Assembly (NCBI GenBank): GCA_021432655.1
Contig: MU271361.1
Coordinates: 1 to 63,134, forward strand
Direction: 5' to 3'
Origin: Atractiella rhizophila
Lineage: Eukaryota
DNA: 63,134 nucleotides
Part shown: one piece after another, positions 54,223 to 63,134 of the stretch
How positions within the stretch are numbered: position 1 is the stretch's first letter
How the letters are laid out: each line of letters begins with the position of its first letter
Translations under genes and position numbers: made by a program
Notes under the pieces: model-generated
Seen by the model: only the letters and a program-made list of their open reading frames with translations
The model's database searches: none
Told to the model about the DNA's origin: nothing

Positions 54223-55715
54223 CTAGATTTCGAAGGATTTAGACCACGCCCAGCGGTGATTGTAAGGGTATTCGATCACCACTGCCCAATCGGGAAGCCA
54301 CTTTTCCTTCTCCCCATCTCCAATAAGTGGATAGCTTCCAAACCTTTCTTCCACCCAATCGCATCGAAAGAGTCCGCTAAAATTTTTCACTTTGTTCAAT
54401 ACCCACAATTTGCACCTCGAGCCCTTTATCCCATTCGTCGATTGGTGGCCACGAATACTCGATCTTCTTCCTGTAGTCTGATGGAGAAAGCGTGCAACGG
54501 GTAGGATTGATACCCTTCACTCGAAGCGTAACAGTGTTCGTGGTGCGTTTTACCAGCGATATCTGAACGCCAAAGTCCGTCGTCGGTCGATCCTTGAACT
54601 CCACATTTGTAGAAGTGCGCCACGTTCCAACCTTGAGATCATAATAAATCAAGGTTTTGCTCATATTGAAATTGGGGATGTCGCTTAAGATTGTCCTCAA
54701 ATATTGTTCGTACTGGGTTTCGACGTAAATATCGGACTGTACAAAATCTGAGCTGATGTTGACCGATTGTCTGAAGGATGTGAGTTTGAATGGGTGGTCG
54801 GGGGTGTAGGGCATTGACACAATGTTTGACACCAAGAGGATGATGGTGCTGATGAGCACGATGGCAGGGACGATTCGTGGGAGTCTGCGGGCAAAAACTG
54901 CAAAGGGTAGAGCAACAAGTTGGAAGAGTTGAACAGCCAGGAATGTTTCTGAACACCAGATGCAGCTTAGTCCCTGCGGATGAAGAGATTGGCAACTCGC
55001 TGTGGAGAGGAAAAGGAAGCGGTTCCTCCAGCCTCCAGCATGTGTACCAGATGAGAAATGGAACAACCAATAAAATCTGACAAAGTGTAGTAACAACCTC
55101 AGTGTCAGGAGACTGAAACTTATTCCGCATACGTCGCCATCGGGACCACCTGTTCTGATCACCTTCTGCAAGCAGAGGAGCGGTTTCGGTCGCCTGCTCT
55201 TGATTCACAACCTCCTCCTCGTCCGCCACGTTGGACTCCGTAATCGTCGTCTGTGCCAACGATGATCTCGAGGCGAGGACAAAGGTGAGAGTCTGTCCTA
55301 CTAGAGCCAAGAACGCGGATGGGTGATGTTCTCCTTCCTTCGTGAGAAGGGAGACGAATAGGTTCCAAAGGGACAAAACAGAAAAAGACAAAAAGAGCTG
55401 AGTCGTGAACTTAAAGCTTTGGAACGGTGTCGGAGGAAAGAGTTGTAGTGTTCCCAGCAAAAGAGAAAACGTGGCTCCGATAAGCAGGATGTAGGTGCGA
55501 GCGACCCAAAGCTCGAGCGTTGCTGGATTGAAATGCCAGAGGGAGAGCAGCGAAATGGTGGTACCAAAGAAAGAAACAAAGACTGCGAGAGGAAAGCGAC
55601 CCCAACCTCCAGAGAGATCAATTCCTGACCGCTTAACACGGTGTCTGAGAATTATCATTACCACCACTGATAAAGGTGCCAGAACAGTGTTAACAATGAT
55701 AGCTCCTGTGGACAT
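54223..55715 (-). CDS. Multi-pass membrane protein resembling the C-terminal half of the Pff1/ERMP1 M28 peptidase
   Basis: GWGRFPLA, HFNP, acidic loop ETAPLL, PYTPDHPFKL..FRQ and C-terminal LPDWAV. The 5' end is uncertain. Confidence 0.6.
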
Positions 55716-56709
55716 GTTATGATACTATTCGTTGCTGTTCTCTCCAAAGCTCACCAATGTGCCGAGCGGTGCTTGAGGGAACCATCGTTGATACAGTCAC
55801 CTTACTGGGCGGTCGTGGACGAGCGCAACGTTGCAGTTCGTTTTCTTAGACTCACAACCTTGGGATTGGGATGGCAGAGCTTCGGATTTATATGTGTACA
55901 GCGCCTATCGTGCTCCACGTCGTTTGCTACGTAGCTCGCTAAGAGCGCGGATACCCAAGTCATGGTTTGGTTTCTAGTAAATTTGCAGAAGCAAGGAAGA
56001 CATTCATCTAACACGTTCATCTGCAAAACCAAATTTATCTTTCCGTTCGAACTTGCTTTGAAGGAAAACAGTGTACCGTGACTTGGATTCAGTGAGGTGT
56101 TGGACAACCAAACCGCGCCCAAGCGGGTGCAATTGATGGAACGGCCAAAGGCTCGGATACTCAAAATGGGCCAATTACTGTCCAAAGCAACGCGTCATCC
56201 TGTCGTACAAAGAAATTGAAAATTAAAGGAAACAGGGATAAACAAGACAACAAATCGAGCCATGGATCCGAGGTTCATTTATGGGATTCCAACGCCACGC
56301 TACAAAACAACGAGGCCAGACTCACCGGAGAGAACCCCATATTCTGCAGTCGATTTGATCACACGATTTCAGCATCCAAACATCCAGCCAGACGCACCGA
56401 ATCTGACCTTGGTCTCCGTCGTTTTCGTCCTTCACGTGAATTGAAACGGTGCCCTAAAATTCCCATATTTGGCAATCGCCGACTTCAGCTTCTCGAACGT
56501 TGATTTTGTTGAATCTCTGTCAAAAAGGGTGCTCATCAGCGACGTCAACCACTTAAACGAGTGCAGCTGGAAGGTCAACTCTGGTCAAAGCGAAGGTCAA
56601 GCATCCATCAGACATAAAGAGTGAAATTGGGGTGTTTGAACCAGTAGTAAGCCTTTCATCGATCTCCTAAAAAGTTGCAACACTGCAGCACTCATCCAAA
56701 TCACGTCTC

Positions 56710-59700
56710 ATGATGGCTGACAACGATGCAGTGGGCAAGAAAGGTGCCAAGAAACAGGCCGGCGCGAAGGCACCTGAAGCGCAACCAGCGCCATCTGCCC
56801 CAGCCCCAGCGAAAAAGTCAGCGCTCGCCTCTCAACTTCAAGATATTACATTTCGGATTCAGTCTCCAGTCAACAGCCCAAAACCCCAGCCTCTGGATAG
56901 TCCGTCAATGGGAGTACTGGATGGTAAGAAGAAGATCGACATAAGCACTAAAACTTGGTCTCCCAAAGCTGCTCCACATCTAGGTTCTGGGCTGAATGGA
57001 ATCAATATGGGCAGTCCTCTTCTGAGGAGCAACCGTGGAACACCGACGTTTCAGGTTTGTGCACCTCCCTTCTCACCTTGGTTGAAAAGTTAGTGATTAT
57101 CATTTCAGCCCCTGGATTCAGGAGGAGGAGACCGGTTCGTTTTCTCCCGTCCTTGTTGAATATCACTCACCTGACACAATGCACTATCTAGGATGGGAGA
57201 GTTACGAAACGAGATGAAAACATTGGAAGCTGTTCTCTCTGCTGCTGTAGTCCAGCAAAACAGCCCTCGAGTTTCACCACCCCGTTCCTCATTCTCATCT
57301 CCCCTCTCCCCGCGCTCTCCAGCGGCACGTACCCCTCTTTTCTCTCCTCGTTCGCGGGCCGAAAGCGTTGTGGACGAGGACGAATCTGGTGCGAACGACA
57401 AAGGCTTGTTCGGGGATAACAATGGATGGGGTAAACAAGCTGGCGCTAGTGGTAGTGGAGTGAGGGTGGAAGATGATACGCGAGTGGAAGAGGAGGCAGC
57501 GAGGATCGTCGCAGAAGCAGAAGCAGCTAAAGCTGCGGCAGAAGCGGCAGCTGTTGAAGCTGCAAGAAGAGCGGAAGAGGAGGAGAGTCGCAGGAGAGCG
57601 GTAGAGGATGAGGAGAGGAAGTCGGAAGAAGAGAAGAGGAGGATAATGGAAGAGGAAGTTGAGAGGAAGAGATTGGAAGAGGAGAAAGAGGCGAAGCGGT
57701 TGCAGGAGGAGAAGAAGCGAGCGGCAGAAGAGGAAAAGAAGAGGTTGGAGGAGGAGAAGAAAAGAGCGGAAGAGGAGAAGAAGAGGTTGGAAGAGGAGAA
57801 GAAGAGACTCGCAGAGGAGAAGAAGAAATGGGAGGCAGAGGAGAAAAGGAAGAGGGAAGAGGAAGAGGAGAAGAGGAAGAAGGAGGAGGAGAAGAAAGAG
57901 AAGAAGCGTCAAGCAGAAGAGGCGGAAGCAAGGAAGAAAGCGGCTGAAGATGCAGTCGCAGCTATTCTCAAAGCTAAGGCTGTGGAGGAAGCGAAGAAAG
58001 ACGAGGAGCTCTTTCGACTCAAGGCTAAATTAGAGCAAGAAGAGAAGGAAAGGAAGGAGGCTGAGGAAAAGAAGAAGAAGGACGAAATTGCGAGGAAGAA
58101 AGAGGAGGAGCGGTTGGAGAAACAACGGAAGGAGGAAGAGGAGAGAAGGGAACGAGAACGCGAAGTTCGGCTGGAGAACGAAGTGAAGAGGAGGACGCAT
58201 GAAGGCATCAAGAAAGCGATGGACGAGGAGGCGATTAGGCAGAAAATAGAAGACGAGAAAAAGGCAGCAGAGAATGAGAAGAAGATGAAGGAGCTCATGG
58301 TACGTTCATGCCTTCTCAGACGTAGTTTATTTGACTTATAATGTGTGCAGGAGGAACAGCAGAAGAAGGCCAAAGAAATGGCGATTAAAGCCGCTGAGTT
58401 CGTCTTGTCTGATTCATGACGAAAACTGTTCTCACGCCTGCGGTCAGGGTGACACGTATTGAAGCAATGGCGAGACGTGCGGCGGAAGAGAAGGAACGGT
58501 CAGAAAAGGCCGCACGTCGACAGAAGGAGATTGATGCCCGAGATCGACGACACGCCATGGCCCTCCTCCGCACACCTACCACTGTCAACCTCGGGTCTCC
58601 TAACCTTGACTTAGACCTCGATGACTTTGACGTGGATTTCGATGACAGCGACAGTGATCGAACAGCTTCACCTGTGCTCGACCTTCTCGATGATAGGCTA
58701 GAACGCTCTATCGAGCCCATGATCCCCACCTCGAGCGCGAAGATCTGCCTGCCTCCACCCCAGCCATCGATTTCACCTTTGAAGCGTCCATTTTCTCCAG
58801 CTAAAGGTCCCGTGATGACATCCCCTCCTTTCTCCCCAGCTAAAGGTCCAGTGATGACCCCTGGCCATTTCTCTCCGATTACAGGCCCCGTCACCACAGC
58901 GGCTCCTCTAGCTTTCTCTCCTGCTTTTGGCTTTACCCCTCCAGATAAAAAAGCGTTGCTTCCCGGTCACCAATCTCCTTGGATAGGGAGTGACAGGAGG
59001 AGCAAAGGGGGTCTTAGTCCGAGTGAACTGCTCGCTGGAGTTTCTTCGCCAGGGTGGGAGCCGGATGACCATCCCGGATTCGGCATGAATAGAGCTTCTC
59101 CCCCTCTCATCTCAAATTCGTCTCCTAACGGTCTCCTCAGAGGAAAGGGAAGTAGTGCAGGTTCACCCCATCCGTCCATTTCCGCACCAACTCGCTCCAT
59201 TGAGTCCGTTCTTGCACCAGTGATGTTAACGACGTCACCGTACAAGTCTCCAGTTCCGCCTCAAAGGTCACCAAGCGCTCTTTTCACTCCTCCAGCAGCC
59301 AACAACTTCGGAATGGGGAGTCCAATGCCTAGTCCTAGCCAAATTGTCATCGTTTCCAGTCCGACGGGTAAGCTTTTCTGTTCGAACAAACCTTAGCTCA
59401 ACACTTCTTCATTGTAGTCCCTGGTTATCGCATAACGCATACACTGGGTCAGTGTTGGGGGACCGCATACATTCCCATCTCACCGGACGAGAATCTACCT
59501 GCATTACTAAATGGCATGGATGAACGAGCGCAACAGTTGACACAGGCAGGCAGAAGAGACGCTGTGAAAGGCTTGCTGAACGAAGCTGAAGCGATGCGTG
59601 CCATGGGTCTCATCAACTTGAGATTCAGCGCTCCAGTTCCGTCTGGCGTTTCGGAGGTGAGCTTCTTGTGTCTCCCTCGACATGGTGATTGACGACCGTT

Positions 59701-60289
59701 TAGGTGCAATTCAATGCTTCAGGTACAGGTACGCGAATTTCCTTGTCTAAATAATGAGTTAGTCTCATCGATTTTGCCTCCAATAGCTGTGATGCTAGAG
59801 CGGCTACCTGAAACGAAGGAAACCTTGCCGCCTGCCAATTACCTCACACCACGCCACAACCCTCTTCCTCCTTCCACAATCTCGGATACTCCAAGCCCGA
59901 GGAATTTTACCTTACCAGATTCATTCGATTCATTCTCTCCCCCGATGTCGTCCAAACGACCCTCACCCAGCGAATCCAATCTTATATCCCCCCTGACTGA
60001 TTCGCCGTTCTCTTCCCCCCCGACGACTTTGGCAAGTTTGACGGAACGTCTAAATCAAAAGCCATTGGACGCTTGGGCGCCAGCAAAGATGCTTATCAGA
60101 GATTCAGCCCTGCCCGAACTCCGGGTGGGAAAGGTGTTTATCTTCTTGACTAGATTATCCCTTTTTCAAACCTTGGATCATGACACCTTTCCGGGTATAC
60201 GAAGAACGATATGTTTCCTGCTTTACCTACTAGCCCCTTTTAAGTGCAGTTCGGTTGGTTTTTTGTTGTTGATCAAGTTAGTGCTTTAG
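56710..60289 (+). CDS. Large hypothetical protein with E/K/R-rich single-alpha-helix or coiled-coil region and SP-rich disordered flanks (multi-exon)
   Basis: Consecutive + strand ORFs (127, 382, 326 and 191 aa) linked by GT-AG introns. The 3' end is uncertain. Confidence 0.65.
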
Positions 60290-60712
60290 GATAATAGTCG
60301 TTTTTGCCACTTTTCTCTATGTTATGAGCTTGACGTCAACATTTCCCTTTCCTCTCCTGCTTCTTGGTTCCAAAGTTCACTCACTGCTGTTGCATCTTCA
60401 ATCCTCATTTCTCAGTCTTAGTTACGTTAACACCCGCACGAGAGTCCCTGCATGTGTCTTGCTTGCTTTGCGTGATAGATAATCTAGTGAACCCATGTAG
60501 AGGATATGACCCGTGTAGTGAGCTTTCATTGTAAATCAGTGCTACATTCAAGAGTAACATAAGACGTCACAAGAAATGAAGTATGGGACAACCTGCGGAC
60601 TCGGATGTCAAGAGGAAAATGTATCTGGCTGAGACAATGCTCAGTTTTGAGGGTAAAAGCACAAGGCATGTTGTACACCTGGAGACCAATGAGATGCAAG
60701 AAAATGGGCTGT

Positions 60713-61320
60713 TCATCCCTGTTGAGCCGCTAATTCAGCTTCTTGCTGTGCGGCATCTGTCCCGACGGCGGTCTGAGCCTTTATCCCACTGAAGTTAGAG
60801 AAGTGCTCACACTTAGCGGCTAATTTAGCCTCTGCTTGATGAATAGCCTCAAGTTCCCTGGCATATCGTTCTTGCCTTTGATAAATTTTGGTCAGATGCA
60901 GAAGGGTCAAGGACGACAGGACGAACATCATTCGCATCCTCATCCGCTCAGCATTAGATGCATTCCACGACTGGGTCCTCAACCCTTGGGTTCCGCCACG
61001 GTATTGAGCCATGTTGGGCTGCTCTACTGGAGCCATTTCTTCTGCAAGTCTTTCTTCCAGGATTTGGATCCTGTCGACACAGCAAGATCGATCAGCCATC
61101 CTTCTACGCATTGGAGTGATCACCGTACCGAGTGTTCAGCTCCTCGATATGGCGTTCTGACGATCCAGGGGCCCTTTGTTACACCAGGCGTCAGTACGAG
61201 CTTCATCAAGCGCTGAAAACGAGAAGGAACGGACCGCCATGTGTTTGCTGATACAGCAAACTTGTTGACCTTGGGCCGTGGTGGCGCTTCATCGTCAAAA
61301 TCGCTTGCTTTCCCACACAT
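60713..61320 (-). CDS. Small hypothetical protein (multi-exon, starts MCGK)
   Basis: ATG at 61320, short ORFs with splice-like junctions, and helical fragments ILEERLAEE and RELEAIHQAEAKL. Confidence 0.4.
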
Positions 61321-62138
61321 TTCGCACGGATATCTTGAGTAAATATTTTACAGGTGCTGTAGGTCACACTGGGATTCCCAATGTATAGATTAACAGTTCG
61401 AAATATTTTTGAATGCAAACCGGAGCGTACGAGCTTGCGCGTTCACCAAACAGATGACCAAAGTCCTAAACCCCCAAGTTTTTTGCCTGGACCTAACGAC
61501 TAACGATGGTGCTTCGTGAGTAGCTGCAAGCTGCAAGACCTCGGCGTAATGTTTGGACTGGGGTATTGGGCACAGATCTTGGAATGCAAACGGTGCGTTA
61601 ACCTCCGACGCTTGGAGCCAGGATCACGTGCTTGGGTAGTGTGGTACCCCTCAATGTCGAGCTCATCTTCAAGCCTCAAGCTTCAGGAACTTGAGTTGGC
61701 TGCTCGCTAGTGATTAAGTAGTTAGTGCAAATTGAACTCTAAGGTTTCCAATGATCAATGGTGCGTCCTCCAGCCCTCCTTCTGTAACGCGTCCCAGACC
61801 AGCAGGATCAAGAGATACAATCACAAATCCCGATATTCTATTAAAATCGTTTTTCGCCAGGAAACCATGTTCAACATTGCGAGACGCAAGCAAAGGAAAG
61901 CTTTTTGCTCTTGCCGAAGTTTATAGGCCTCATAAGAAAGTCTTCCCAGACACCAAGTGCTTGGATAAGAGTGAGATCGAGACACTCTGACAACGCAGTA
62001 TACCTTATGTAACCTTCAGCTGAACGCAGAAAAGGGACTGACAATAATTTTGAATAACCCTCAAAAAACTACTTTCCCCGAAGCGTTTCTGATCCTTGTT
62101 TCTCCTTTTATTTCTATATCTATCGACTTTACAGTTGT

Positions 62139-63134
62139 CATGGATAATAGAGTGAAAGCGTCAGATTCAGGGGTTGCCAATACGAAAACATCCGACGAAG
62201 GGGACCTCAATGAAAAAAGGCAAAAGCTTCTAGAGGTATTGTTGTCAGCTGTAGCGAATTATGCTAACAAGAACGTAGTCGCTCTATTCTCTATCAGAAC
62301 TCTCTTTATTCTATGATGCCGACGAAGGTCAGAATACTTTCAACTTGGAGCAAGAGACGCGAAGTTTAGTCTCTCGATTCAACGCCATAAATGTAGCACA
62401 ATCGACTCCAGCCCTTCCCGACCAACCTCCCTACGCCCTAACAAATCATTCTACACTTGAGGAGCAAGCGTTTCGACGATTGAAGGATACGATCGCGCAA
62501 TACGAAGCGCTGCATCTTGAGGACTTGAGGGCACAGTCCGAGCTTGAAAAGTCCCTACAGGATGCGGAAAACAACATTCTCGATGCTAAAGCCTTGGAGC
62601 AGGAACTGCGAAGGCGGATAGAGGAGACGCACACTCACACTCAGACGTCAGTTTTCATCCAGTTTGCATTCACATTGGTGATTGTCAATTCAGCCGAGAG
62701 GAGCTTCAGACTGAGATAGAAACGTTAGAATCGCGTATCTCGGACTTTGTGGACCGGATGAGCTTGAATGCTCTTGCTGAGCAAGGGAGAAAAAATACTC
62801 TGCCGGTTGGACTTCCCCTCTCGCTTGTTTCGCTAAGGCTGAGGTGAGAGGTCGCAATAGGGATTACAACGATACTTTGTGCAAGAAGGCACATCGACAG
62901 ATGCGGAGGCCCGAACTGCAGCCTCCGGAAAAGCAGAGGCAATGAAAAAGTTCCTTGAGGTCTGTACCAGATCATTTCCCAACATAAATGTTTAATTTGA
63001 AACAGCAAATTTTACACTGGTCAATACTCGACCCTGAAAAATGGATAGAAGAGACCGAAACCGAGCAAGGGTTGATAGCAGTTATGGAAAGTGCAGGGAT
63101 CGTCGAACGATTCCCAGATGAAAAGAAGTTTAGA
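62139..63134 (+). CDS. Hypothetical coiled-coil protein, probably continuing beyond the window
   Basis: ORFs 62050-62316 and 62345-62719 show a heptad-like pattern (LKDTIAQYE..LRAQSELEKSLQDAENN). Confidence 0.35.

Noticed and set aside
57295..58373. Long minus-strand Leu/Phe/Ser-rich ORFs
   Set aside because: They are antisense shadows of the GAA/GAG-rich coiled-coil exon.

Overview
Gene-dense eukaryotic DNA with many short (~50-80 nt) GT-AG introns, consistent with a basidiomycete fungus (the taxon is inferred, not proven). About 25 protein-coding genes are present. Recognisable ones: PIG-S/GPI17, a second LIG1-family DNA ligase, KEL3/KLHDC4, the APC/C activator CDH1, a LYC1-like GNAT, an F-box/LRR-like protein, HEM13, an OSCA/TMEM63 channel, a KSP1-like kinase, a histidine phosphatase, a BiP-like Hsp70 paralog, VPS37, PUS1, ARC1, U2AF65, FMP32/MCUR1, APD1 and a Pff1/ERMP1-like protein with no visible protease domain. 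The most unusual structure is at 15.5-18.7 kb. A ~1.43-kb direct duplication has a first copy that ends in a 23-nt poly(A) inside a coding exon but keeps its intron. The two copies are separated by a minus-strand copia/Ty5-type LTR (TGTTGAA...TTCAACA) carrying a half-tRNAiMet primer-binding site, and the LTR end sits exactly at the duplication breakpoint. The duplicated gene encodes an orphan single-pass membrane protein whose tail is rich in PSAP and PY motifs. CDS coordinates span start to stop including introns, and all splice models were built by eye.
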